Below are positions 1 through 8,365 of a stretch of DNA of 17,965 nucleotides, piece by piece. Every line of letters begins with the position of its first letter. Position 1 is the stretch's first letter. The stretch is taken from the NCBI GenBank assembly GCA_016198685.1, contig JACQID010000005.1, positions 1 to 17,965 of the forward strand. Direction: 5' to 3'. The notes under the pieces are model-generated. The model was not told the origin of the DNA, did no database searches, and saw nothing but the letters and a program-made list of their open reading frames with translations. The translations under genes and the position numbers were made by a program. The stretch is from Candidatus Aenigmatarchaeota archaeon (GTDB lineage: Archaea > Aenigmatarchaeota > Aenigmatarchaeia > GW2011-AR5).

Positions 1-90
1 AGCGCACGTTTTCGCAAACACGGACGATCCGTCAATCAGGCGGTAATAGCGGTCGTTCCCTAAGCAGTAGTATCCTGAAGACGTGACCAT
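1..90. repeat. Terminal direct repeat, left copy (90 bp)
   Basis: agcgcacgtt...gacgtgaccat at 1-90 is identical to 17876-17965. Confidence 0.98.
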
Positions 91-207
91 ACCTGTCGGG
101 TTGGCGAAATCTGAGACAGCGTCTTTTATATCGTCAAGAAACGATCCGGAAGAGAATGACGGGATAATAAATAACATCAGAAGGATTGCATGGGATAAAA
201 ATCGCAT
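1..207 (-). CDS. 5' part of a secreted/surface protein gene running off the left end; continues at 17875 if the ends are joined
   Basis: ATG at 207 gives 69 open codons to base 1: MRFLSHAILLMLFIIPSFSSGSFLDDIKDAVSDFANPTGMVTSSGYYCLGNDRYYRLIDGSSVFAKTCA. It has a signal-peptide-like N-terminus and a TATA-like run at 226-236. Not in the ORF track. Confidence 0.8.
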   Translation of the reverse strand, partial: MRFLSHAILLMLFIIPSFSSGSFLDDIKDAVSDFANPTGMVTSSGYYCLGNDRYYRLIDGSSVFAKTCA

Positions 208-234
208 AATGATATTGCTTCGGAGTTATATATA

Positions 235-2466
235 TCATTTCCCGCTCTCAAGCCATGCTTTCCAGCGCTGGAAAATAACAGTGCTGTCCATTCCGCCTGT
301 TTCTTCAAGCACTTCCCTGCTTATAATATGGAACATGGAATTCGATTTAATGACGAATTCGGCTTCCATGATTTCAGGCATCCTGTTTTTGATGGCGAAA
401 TCCGTCAGGTATTGGAGTATATTGCCCCTAAGCTGTATATTCTCCCAGACAAGGTCCCATCGTCCTTTCCATTCGCGCGTGCGGGAAGCAATCTCATTCA
501 AAATAGCGCTTTCGCCAAGAACAAGAATTTCCGATGGCTTAAGAATATCGTCTTTAGCCGAGTACTCAAGAAGCTTGACAAAGCCTCCTTCCTCTTGTGG
601 ATCTGTCTTCCAGTGCTTCCTGACTTCCGTGACTTCAGTTAGGCGGCGGAAACTTGAAAGCCCGTCGGGGGACCGGAGTGCATTGGCTATAAGTATAAAA
701 TCCGTTGCCTTGAAACTCGTGGCAGGGACGCCCAAATCATTGACTACTCTATCAAATACTCCGTAAGCAGAATCGCCATGGATTGTTCCGGCTACTGTGT
801 TTGCCAAGGCGCCTATACGCATGGCTTCGTAAAGCGCTTTGGCTTCACTGCTTCTAACTTCGCCTATGATGAGAGAAGAGTCCCCAAGTCGCAATGCCGT
901 TCTCAATCCCTCTTCAGCAGGCATTTCAGTTTCAACTTGAGTGATGACGGATCTTGATTTTAATCGTTCTATATTGTAACCCAGGTCCCTCAATTGTTCA
1001 ATAGGCAATTCCAGCGTATCTTCAAGCGTAATTATTCTTATTTTTGGCATTATCTGGACCATTATCGCCCCAAGCAGGCTCGTTTTTCCGGAGCCTCTCG
1101 TTCCGCCGACAAGCATAGTTCTCGCTCCGTCAACAAGAAACCATATCAGGCCTGCAGAAAATGAATCGAGCATTTTCGTGCTGATGAATAGAGGGAAAGT
1201 CCATGGCTTTAGTCTATGACGACGGAAAGCAAATCCCAAGCCTTCGGGCGACAGGCTTCTGGTTATTGCAGTCACTCTTGCTCGCGCCTGCGGTAATTCT
1301 ATCTCCGTGTCAAGAACGGAATTCGCTTCATCCAAAGGGCGTCCGGAATGCAAACGGAAACGGGTGGCCCATGTCTCGGCATCTTCCATGCTGGGAACCA
1401 TATTGGTCTCGCATTCGCCGTAAATGCCGTGCACAATGTAAATGGGAGAAGAACCTATAGGTGAATTGACGGCTATATCCTGGACGCGTTCATCTTCGAG
1501 AAGCAATTCGAGAACGCCAAGCCCGGCAGTATAGCGTACAAGTATGTCCGCGAGCTTGTCTAATGAATCCTCAGCCACCGGTATTTTGTCGTTCCTTGAT
1601 ATATCTCTTAAGAGATCTGAGCTTATCCTTTTCATGTTTTCTCTTACGGTCTGCGGCTCGGTGAGCTCAATATCCCTTGGCTCATGCTTGCCGATATACT
1701 GTCTTGCCTTGTCAAGGATCGTGTATTCATTTTCATCAAGCTTGAATTCAGGCGGAATGAAATGATATAATCTCCTTACTTTTCCCGGGATATTGTATAT
1801 CTGTATATCCGTGTCGCCCAGCGAATAGCGTTCCAACAGTTCAGCATTGGCAGGCGGTGTAGCCACGTACCGCGTATACATGAAATTCGGTCTGATGCTC
1901 GGATGGAATATCTGCCTATAGAGTGACCGGTTCCTGTGTTCATGAAGGCGGTTGCGTACAAGTTGTATCATGCGGCAGGTCTCGAGGGCACTGGTCATGG
2001 GTGTCAGAGCATTGGCAATATAGTGCTCGGCGCATTTTCTTCGGGGTTCGTCCTCGTTCTTTTCTATCGCCGTGTTGGCGTGTCTTATTTCCCTCACTAG
2101 CCACTTGTAAGCCTCTATCGGGTCGTATTTTATCTGCGAGAAAACCTTCGTAAGAAAATCGTAGCGTTCCTGCGATTCGTATTCGCATTCAGGAATCACC
2201 ATGTTGCGTATCGTTATTATCCTATCGCGTATTATTTTTTCTATGACATTGGCGATTTCGAGAAGCATCCTGCTTTCATTGAAGTCGTACTCATGCTCGC
2301 GTCGTTCCACGAAAACGATCCTGACAAGTCTCTTTATTTCAAGAAGTTTGTCTATGGCGACAGACATAACAACGTCGTAATCCTCTATGCTTGGGCCGTA
2401 GATGCTGCCCATGCAGTTTATCCTTACTCGTTGAGACTCAGGATCATACTCGGATTCAAAAACCAT
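235..2466 (-). CDS. Type II/IV secretion system ATPase (VirB11/TadA/CpaF/ArlI-like) with long N-terminal extension, about 743 aa
   Basis: Walker A GGTRGSGKTS, Asp box ITLEDTLEL, Walker B LIIGEVR, His box GTIHGDS, and HxRPLDEANSVLD. Start moved from GTG 2583 to ATG 2466, which has a GAGGGA RBS. Confidence 0.93.
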   Translation of the reverse strand: MVFESEYDPESQRVRINCMGSIYGPSIEDYDVVMSVAIDKLLEIKRLVRIVFVERREHEYDFNESRMLLEIANVIEKIIRDRIITIRNMVIPECEYESQERYDFLTKVFSQIKYDPIEAYKWLVREIRHANTAIEKNEDEPRRKCAEHYIANALTPMTSALETCRMIQLVRNRLHEHRNRSLYRQIFHPSIRPNFMYTRYVATPPANAELLERYSLGDTDIQIYNIPGKVRRLYHFIPPEFKLDENEYTILDKARQYIGKHEPRDIELTEPQTVRENMKRISSDLLRDISRNDKIPVAEDSLDKLADILVRYTAGLGVLELLLEDERVQDIAVNSPIGSSPIYIVHGIYGECETNMVPSMEDAETWATRFRLHSGRPLDEANSVLDTEIELPQARARVTAITRSLSPEGLGFAFRRHRLKPWTFPLFISTKMLDSFSAGLIWFLVDGARTMLVGGTRGSGKTSLLGAIMVQIMPKIRIITLEDTLELPIEQLRDLGYNIERLKSRSVITQVETEMPAEEGLRTALRLGDSSLIIGEVRSSEAKALYEAMRIGALANTVAGTIHGDSAYGVFDRVVNDLGVPATSFKATDFILIANALRSPDGLSSFRRLTEVTEVRKHWKTDPQEEGGFVKLLEYSAKDDILKPSEILVLGESAILNEIASRTREWKGRWDLVWENIQLRGNILQYLTDFAIKNRMPEIMEAEFVIKSNSMFHIISREVLEETGGMDSTVIFQRWKAWLESGK

Positions 2467-2625
2467 TAGCTCCCTCAATGCGTCAATATAACATCGGAAT
2501 TTTATAAGCAAATTGCATATAGCTAACGGGTTTAATATCGTTATTTTATTACAGAAATATAGATATAATTCTGTTCTTTGCACGGGCTACTATAACTTAA
2601 TAAGCAATCAGCGCTAGTTATTCAT

Positions 2626-2985
2626 GTGCAGGACGACAAAACCAACATGATTCTACAGGAGCTCGTCAGAAGGACGAATGACAGTATAAGGCGTTTGCAC
2701 GAGCTTGAAGGCAAGATGGAGAACGTCGAAGAAAGGAGTTCTGCGCTTGAAAGCACAAGCATATCTAAGCTCAAATCGCTTAATGACAAAATCACGGAGA
2801 TGGAGAGCCGTATAAAGGATATGGATGCTAATCTTGCCCGGCTGGACAATACTATAGAAAAAATAAGCAAGCAGATGAACAAGATGGCGAGGCAAAGCGA
2901 TGTTAAGGAGCTTGAACGGATGTTCGAGCTGCTCAGTCCTCTTAGGGTAGAACGGATGCCTCGTCCAGAAAGGATCACCCAGTAA
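2626..2985 (+). CDS. Coiled-coil hypothetical protein (119 aa)
   Basis: Heptad-like E/K/L-rich helix throughout; divergent from the ATPase. Alternative ATG at 2647. Confidence 0.8.
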   Translation: MQDDKTNMILQELVRRTNDSIRRLHELEGKMENVEERSSALESTSISKLKSLNDKITEMESRIKDMDANLARLDNTIEKISKQMNKMARQSDVKELERMFELLSPLRVERMPRPERITQ

Positions 2986-2994
2986 CCCAAGATA

Positions 2995-3040
2995 TTTATA
3001 TAGACGGAAGCAATATTGGTATATTAAACCCATCTGGTGA
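2995..3040 (+). promoter_or_regulatory. TATA box and RBS for the 3045 gene
   Basis: TTTATATA at 2995-3002; GGTGA at 3036-3040 just before ATG 3045. Confidence 0.6.
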
Positions 3041-3044
3041 CAAA

Positions 3045-3683
3045 ATGTTTTTCAGGAAAAAGAAAGAATCAAATAAGGTTGTTCCCTCTGAAGAGATAGA
3101 AAGCCTGATTTCTCAGGGCATGAGTGACAAAGACATAATAAAGAAGCTAAAGTCCGAAGGTTATTCTTACGAAAGCATAGAGAATGCTATGCTCAAAGCA
3201 GTGAAGGTAGGCGTTGATGACAGTGGTGTTGGGCAGGATTCTTTCGATCCTGCCTTAGCTGCACCTGTTATGCAGCAGCCGCAGGAACCTCCTGCCATAG
3301 ATGATTTTTCAGACATGGACATGAAAAATGCCGAGGAGCTCTCTCCTGAGCAGATAGTTGAGGAGCTCATAGAAGGCGTTGTTGAGAGCAAATGGAAGCG
3401 GTTTGATGAGGAAATCGAGCGCATGAATATGGAAATTAATTCTATCAAGGAGTCAAGCAAGAACGCAAGACCTCCTGAAGGCTCTTCTGACGGCTCGCAA
3501 TATGATGAGAAGATAAACGCAATATCTGCCCAGGTAGAAGATATCTCAACGCGCGTGGGCGGTCTGGAAAAAGCATTCAAGCAGTTCCTGCCTTCACTCA
3601 CAAGGAATATAGAAAGCCTTTCTGCCATAATTCACGAGATGAAAGGCAAACAGCAAAGCGAGCCTAAGCCTTATTATCAATAA
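3045..3683 (+). CDS. Hypothetical protein: small N-terminal helical domain, P/Q-rich linker, C-terminal coiled coil (212 aa)
   Basis: QGMSDKDIIKKLKSEGYSYESIENAM, then PVMQQPQEPP, then EELIEGVVESKWKRF...LEKAFKQFLPSL. Clear RBS and TATA. Confidence 0.85.
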   Translation: MFFRKKKESNKVVPSEEIESLISQGMSDKDIIKKLKSEGYSYESIENAMLKAVKVGVDDSGVGQDSFDPALAAPVMQQPQEPPAIDDFSDMDMKNAEELSPEQIVEELIEGVVESKWKRFDEEIERMNMEINSIKESSKNARPPEGSSDGSQYDEKINAISAQVEDISTRVGGLEKAFKQFLPSLTRNIESLSAIIHEMKGKQQSEPKPYYQ

Positions 3684-3714
3684 TTCTTTCTGTTTTGGGA
3701 ATATTCAAAAATGC

Positions 3715-4206
3715 TTAGTGATGTGCTGCTGCAGCGACTTTCGCACCGCCTGCTATGAACATCACGGCGACTATCATGACAACGACCATAAATATTATTG
3801 ACATCACATCATTGGTTATCAGTTCCAGCCCGCCGAACACTGAGAAGAACACTATGATACCAATGCCAAGTCCTGCCGTCAGCAGCAGCTTGCTGTCTGC
3901 AAGCTTGCTTATGTCATATCCGGACATGCCGACAAACATCATGGTTATCAGCACACCTGCAAGCACCATGACCATAGTGCCGAATAATGATTTGAAAAAC
4001 ATGCCAAGGGCCACGCCACCAAATCCTATGACAAAGAACGCAACAACCATTGATACGACGCCTATGATCTTCTGGTCATCGCCAAGGGCCTTGGTTTTGA
4101 GCAACAAAGCGTAAAGCACTGCAAATGTCAATATCCATGGCAAAAGGAACCCAAAGAACCCTAATTGGTCAAGGTTTCTCACGAAAAGCTCGAAAGGCGA
4201 TGCCAT
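3715..4206 (-). CDS. Multi-pass membrane protein, paralog 4 of tandem array (163 aa)
   Basis: About 5 hydrophobic segments; GFFGFLLPWILTFAVLYALLLKTK motif shared with the upstream paralogs. Confidence 0.88.
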   Translation of the reverse strand: MASPFELFVRNLDQLGFFGFLLPWILTFAVLYALLLKTKALGDDQKIIGVVSMVVAFFVIGFGGVALGMFFKSLFGTMVMVLAGVLITMMFVGMSGYDISKLADSKLLLTAGLGIGIIVFFSVFGGLELITNDVMSIIFMVVVMIVAVMFIAGGAKVAAAAHH

Positions 4207-4210
4207 TGGC

Positions 4211-4708
4211 TCACTTCTTTTCCTCAGCTGTCACAAAATAGACCGCGGCAAGGAGTATAAGGCCCCAGAATATCATGGTCGCGGTCTGGCTATCTATCCT
4301 GAGCCCAGGTATATTGCCTCCGGACGAGAAGAACAATGCCGCGCCTACTACAAGAACGATCAGGAGTATTATCCAGTTTCTCATGGAGCCATTAGCGCCC
4401 ATAAGATTCTGGCCTACCATCTGAAGGAACATGACAAGCACAAGTATTCCTACGGCAAGCACGACAAAGTTGCCGAGCAGGCTCATGAAGAATGCTGCCA
4501 TCTGCGGGCCTGCTGCCGCAGTCACGAAGAATGCAAATATGAGTGAAAGCGCAATATTCGCCTTGGCTTTCAGATCCCCGAAAACGCTAAGCTTGTCAAG
4601 CAGGCCAAACGTTATCACGAACGTGAAGACCCACGGAAGCAGGAAGTTGAAGAAATCCGCGCCTAGCATTTGCGCAGGATTTATACCGAACTGGAAAAGT
4701 ACCATCAT
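4211..4708 (-). CDS. Multi-pass membrane protein, paralog 3 (165 aa)
   Basis: DFFNFLLPWVFTF...AFFVTAAAGPQMAAFF; AGGTGA RBS upstream. Confidence 0.9.
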   Translation of the reverse strand: MMVLFQFGINPAQMLGADFFNFLLPWVFTFVITFGLLDKLSVFGDLKAKANIALSLIFAFFVTAAAGPQMAAFFMSLLGNFVVLAVGILVLVMFLQMVGQNLMGANGSMRNWIILLIVLVVGAALFFSSGGNIPGLRIDSQTATMIFWGLILLAAVYFVTAEEKK

Positions 4709-4715
4709 GAGTCAC

Positions 4716-5291
4716 CTAATGAGCGCCGTGGCCTCCATCAGCAGGAGGATGTGCTGCGCCTCCTCCGCCCCCGCCGCTTGGCGCGGCAGGCTTCTTTTCT
4801 TCGGCTTTGTGTTGAGTCACATAAATCACAGCGCCGCCGAGTATGACTGCCCAGAATATCAAGGTAGCTGTCTGCTGGTCAAGGCGGAATCCGGGTATGT
4901 GGCCGCCTGATGCAAGGAACATCGCTACTGCAACTACAATTGTAACCCAGAACAATAAAGTTCCGGGAAGCTGCTCAAGACCCTTGCCCGTGACCAATGT
5001 CACGAACATAGCAAGTATCAAAACTCCTGTTATATAGACCGCTGCGTTTCCGAAGAATTCTATGAAGAATGCTGCCATCTGCGGTCCAGCTGATGCTGTC
5101 ACAAAGAATGCAAAAACAAACGCTAAAGCAAGGCTTATCTTTGGCCTCAGGGCATCGCTGAATATCTTAAGGTTCATGAGGAGTACATATGAGATGACAA
5201 ACGTCAGAACCCAGGGAAGCAAGAAATTGAAGAAATCCGACCCAAAAACTTGAGTAGGATTGAAAGCAAGCTGAAACAATACCATGAACAT
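4716..5291 (-). CDS. Multi-pass membrane protein, paralog 2, with Gly/His-rich tail (191 aa)
   Basis: DFFNFLLPWVLTF...AFFVTASAGPQMAAFF; tail KPAAPSGGGGGGAAHPPADGGHGAH. TATA-like AATATATAAG at about 5323-5333 on the minus strand. Confidence 0.9.
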   Translation of the reverse strand: MFMVLFQLAFNPTQVFGSDFFNFLLPWVLTFVISYVLLMNLKIFSDALRPKISLALAFVFAFFVTASAGPQMAAFFIEFFGNAAVYITGVLILAMFVTLVTGKGLEQLPGTLLFWVTIVVAVAMFLASGGHIPGFRLDQQTATLIFWAVILGGAVIYVTQHKAEEKKPAAPSGGGGGGAAHPPADGGHGAH

Positions 5292-5342
5292 CCCTTCTTT
5301 TCTTACTTATTTGCGCCTCAACCTTATATATTTGCTTTTTGC

Positions 5343-5792
5343 CTATGTTCCGGCGCGTTTGCCTTGCATATGCACCACGTAGAATATCATTGATATAACT
5401 ATGATACCTATAATCCAGAGAATATTGTCTGTGGACAGATATTTTGGCAGGAACGGGGTTATTTTATCCCATAGAATTGCCAATAATATCAGGGAAATCG
5501 CAAGCCCCATGCCCGTTGTGGTCATGTCATGCTCTCCAAGCTTGCCGGTAAGGTCCTTGAAGAAGAATATTCCAAAGAATATGATTATGAGTATGACAGC
5601 AACCGGCAGAAATTCCTGCAGGCCGATTACAAGAGGCTCATAGAGAGACGCGAACAATGCCATTGCCAAAGCAAGCACGGCATTGACATTCCTTTCCGCT
5701 ATCTTGGTCTTGTTAAGCAGGAAGAAAATGATTGCAAAAACAAACAGGAACGCTGCGACGAAGGGCGCCATCTGCGGGTCAATGAATGCCAT
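5343..5792 (-). CDS. Multi-pass membrane protein, divergent paralog 1 (149 aa)
   Basis: PFVAAFLFVFAIIFFLLNKTKIAERNVNAVLALAMALF aligns by eye with the array motif. Start reset to ATG 5792 (GCGGTG RBS; 4 nt after the upstream stop). Confidence 0.82.
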   Translation of the reverse strand: MAFIDPQMAPFVAAFLFVFAIIFFLLNKTKIAERNVNAVLALAMALFASLYEPLVIGLQEFLPVAVILIIIFFGIFFFKDLTGKLGEHDMTTTGMGLAISLILLAILWDKITPFLPKYLSTDNILWIIGIIVISMIFYVVHMQGKRAGT

Positions 5793-5796
5793 AAAA

Positions 5797-6525
5797 TTAC
5801 ACCGCCACTGGAGAAGGCGTTGGGTCATAGCGCTTCTGTTGTTCAATCAAATGATGCAAGCCCTGCATGTAAGAAAGCTGCTGCTGGAGCGACTGCGCGA
5901 GGCGGTCATTATGCTCGGTCCTTGCCTCGTTGTACTGCGTATTCAACGCAGCTATCGCCTTCGATAATATCGTTTTCTGCTCGTTGTACGTTCTTGCCCC
6001 CCGCAAAAGCTCGATCGTTATTCCTGCCTCGCCTGCTGCCATTGACGAGGCTACTGCCGCGCCAGGCATGTGTGCCGGACCTCCACCGCCGCCCATGGGC
6101 GGCGCAGCTCCGGGTCTTCCTCTGACTACCCAGAAATGGCTTATAATGTAGGCCAGTAATCCCCAGACTATAATCAGGATAAGGAAATATGCTTGGGCAA
6201 TATAAGCGAATATTTTGAAGTAGCCACCGAAGATAATGAATAAATATAATGTTATATCTGCCAGAAGTATCATTTTTGGTTGATCTACTATCTTTGCAGC
6301 TACAAGATTAACTATGATTATAATAAACGCCGTGGGCACAAAGAAGAACATGACAAGATCATTGATGATATTCCCCGTAAACGGAGCTCCTGGGTATTCT
6401 GTCATTTTGAGGAAGTCTCGGAACAGAAGCTCGCCGATATCTATGTTCTGAAATCCTTGTGCAAAAGCGGCTGCAGGCATAAGCGCCAGTAGCAATGCGA
6501 GCAGCAGAACACGATTCATCTCCAT
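5797..6525 (-). CDS. Membrane protein with signal peptide, 3-4 TM segments, Gly/Pro linker and C-terminal coiled coil
   Basis: MEMNRVLLLALLLALMPAAAFAQ signal; hydrophobic core; RPGAAPPMGGGGGPAHMPG; helical tail. Start reset to ATG 6525 (or 6519) to avoid overlap with the GT4 gene. Confidence 0.82.
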   Translation of the reverse strand: MEMNRVLLLALLLALMPAAAFAQGFQNIDIGELLFRDFLKMTEYPGAPFTGNIINDLVMFFFVPTAFIIIIVNLVAAKIVDQPKMILLADITLYLFIIFGGYFKIFAYIAQAYFLILIIVWGLLAYIISHFWVVRGRPGAAPPMGGGGGPAHMPGAAVASSMAAGEAGITIELLRGARTYNEQKTILSKAIAALNTQYNEARTEHNDRLAQSLQQQLSYMQGLHHLIEQQKRYDPTPSPVAV

Positions 6526-6566
6526 ATTATGGTTTGCTGGGATAAAAAGATAACTCAAAAGGTACA

Positions 6567-7808
6567 CTAGCCTTTGAGCCATTGATGCAATTTTTGCAGG
6601 GCTTCCGGCATAGCAAGATTTCGGGGAATCGTGGGCACAACAGGTATTTCTCGATATAATTTTTCATAAATACGATATAATAGTCCTGTGATAACCCTGC
6701 TATCGTACATTTCTTCTATATATTGGCGGCCGATTTCTGCTCTTTGTTTTTCTTGTTCATAATTCCTATTCACGATATCAATTGCTTCTTGTATTTGTTT
6801 CGTGTTCCTTGGAGACACCCCTATAGCAACATGAGGGTCTACATAAACTTCCTTCATTCCTCCTTCATTTGAAACTATGATAGGAGTTCCCAACGACAAT
6901 GCTTCTAGTGCGCTCATGCAGAAAGTTTCATTTTTTGTATCTGACGGCATTACGAACATATCAGCTGCTTTATATATAGAAGGCAGGCCTTTTGGATCAG
7001 TTGATGGTTCTATTTTGCCAAGCATTATGAGGTTGTCTAAAACTCCCCTATCAGCGAAAATCTGGACAAGTCTTTCCTGATTTTGAGGATTATATATCAT
7101 CCCTGCATGCATTAACTTTAGTTGTTCTCCCGATTTTACAAGTTCAGCAACGGCCTCACCTAGTTCAAATATGCCTTTATCTTCTTCAAGCCTGCCTGTA
7201 GTAAGAACGAGGCGGGATCCATCAGGTGCATATTTCAATCTTATATCTTGTGCCCTTCGCAAGACATCATGATCTCTATTATATATACCATAATCAGTTG
7301 AATTAGGAAGTGTCAATACTTTATTGCTATATTTTCCATTGTCTAAACCTCTTATGAGGTTGGAGACATATTCTGAAGGCGCGGTAATTAAATCTGCATC
7401 ATTGAATAATTCTCTGTCCATAGGATCATACAGGGAATCCATTCCATGCATTGTATGTATGTGCTTTCCGCCAGTTTTTTTGTTTCTTTTTGCAAGCTCA
7501 ATTATCCGGCGTCCTCTAGTATGAGTATGGAAAAGACGAGGCTTTGATTCATATGTTAATGATGTAATGAGATGATCCAACTGTTCATATCTTTCAGTTT
7601 GATCGCCATGTCCGTTTCTTTTAAAAACAGTATAACCAGCCCAATCAAAGGGCTTATCTTCTGTGTAAAGATTGAGACCAGTTATCATTTTCATCTCGTC
7701 GTTATGTTGGCCGTAGTGAGACAAATGTTTCCAGTGCTGAAGCGGGACTGTATCTACTCCAGAAGCGATCTCGCTGCCAGGGCCAAACTTAGATATCCAG
7801 ACATCCAT
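6567..7808 (-). CDS. Glycosyltransferase family 4 (GT-B fold), 413 aa
   Basis: IHTMHG, GRLEEDKG and ETFCMSALEALSLGTPIIVSNEGG (EX7E). ATG 7808 overlaps the upstream TGA (TGATG) and has an AGGTG RBS. Confidence 0.92.
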   Translation of the reverse strand: MDVWISKFGPGSEIASGVDTVPLQHWKHLSHYGQHNDEMKMITGLNLYTEDKPFDWAGYTVFKRNGHGDQTERYEQLDHLITSLTYESKPRLFHTHTRGRRIIELAKRNKKTGGKHIHTMHGMDSLYDPMDRELFNDADLITAPSEYVSNLIRGLDNGKYSNKVLTLPNSTDYGIYNRDHDVLRRAQDIRLKYAPDGSRLVLTTGRLEEDKGIFELGEAVAELVKSGEQLKLMHAGMIYNPQNQERLVQIFADRGVLDNLIMLGKIEPSTDPKGLPSIYKAADMFVMPSDTKNETFCMSALEALSLGTPIIVSNEGGMKEVYVDPHVAIGVSPRNTKQIQEAIDIVNRNYEQEKQRAEIGRQYIEEMYDSRVITGLLYRIYEKLYREIPVVPTIPRNLAMPEALQKLHQWLKG

Positions 7809-8365
7809 CAATAAACACCTATGGCCCTCTTTAATCCGCCAACTACTGCTTTCAGGGAGTCAAGATCTGGCAACGGAGGAACTATGACGCCAGAAGCTGA
7901 TGGAGCAGGCGAAGGAGTTCCGGGTTGTCCTCCATAAGGATATGTTCTGGATGGCCCAGCACCTGCATAGGGAGTGTAGCCATATGGGTATCCTCCATAC
8001 GGATAACCAGCGTATGGGTAGTAGCTTGGATATCCTCCGTATGGCGAATCACCATACGGATTGTATGGATTCGGATGTGGCATGCCATGATGCTTATAAG
8101 GCGCCGCCTCATGCAGCACTGTCATGTGTCCGGGTGCATGTGGTCCTTTTGCAGGGTCAAAAGGATCAAGAAAGTATGGCCAAATTATTTTCAACTGTGG
8201 CCTGTTAAGGGGGCTGCCTGGGGATATCCAAGGCGTTCCTCCGAAGTTTCCATAATGAGGATCATCACTATCTTTAGAAGCGACATATCCCTCCTGATTT
8301 ACGGCCGCTCTCAGATGCGGCGTAATCACGAGTCCGGGTTGAAACTCAGGGACAGCTACCATCAT
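7808..8365 (-). CDS. Pro/Tyr/Gly-rich low-complexity protein (185 aa)
   Basis: GGAGG RBS; start and stop both overlap the neighbouring genes; PYNPYGDSPYGGYPSYYPYAGYPYGGYPYGYTPYAG tract. Confidence 0.8.
   Translation of the reverse strand: MMVAVPEFQPGLVITPHLRAAVNQEGYVASKDSDDPHYGNFGGTPWISPGSPLNRPQLKIIWPYFLDPFDPAKGPHAPGHMTVLHEAAPYKHHGMPHPNPYNPYGDSPYGGYPSYYPYAGYPYGGYPYGYTPYAGAGPSRTYPYGGQPGTPSPAPSASGVIVPPLPDLDSLKAVVGGLKRAIGVY

Noticed and set aside
20-32. Hairpin ACGGA-CGA-TCCGT in the terminal repeat as an origin or att site
   Set aside because: Only a 5-bp stem inside coding sequence; expected by chance.
83-2188. Alternative-frame ORFs over the ATPase (e.g. 83-766, 328-642, 1203-1460)
   Set aside because: Shadow ORFs opposite or within a motif-supported gene, with no protein-like features.
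235-3683. Archaellum (arl) operon or Cdv cell-division genes
   Set aside because: No archaellin, ArlH or ArlJ seen. Resemblance of the coiled-coil proteins to ArlC/D/E or CdvA/B is only generic.
5529-6125. 198-aa plus-strand ORF, and others such as 4431-4910, 7925-8392, 9060-9563 and 10521-11246
   Set aside because: Antisense to well-supported genes that have RBSs and coupled stops/starts.
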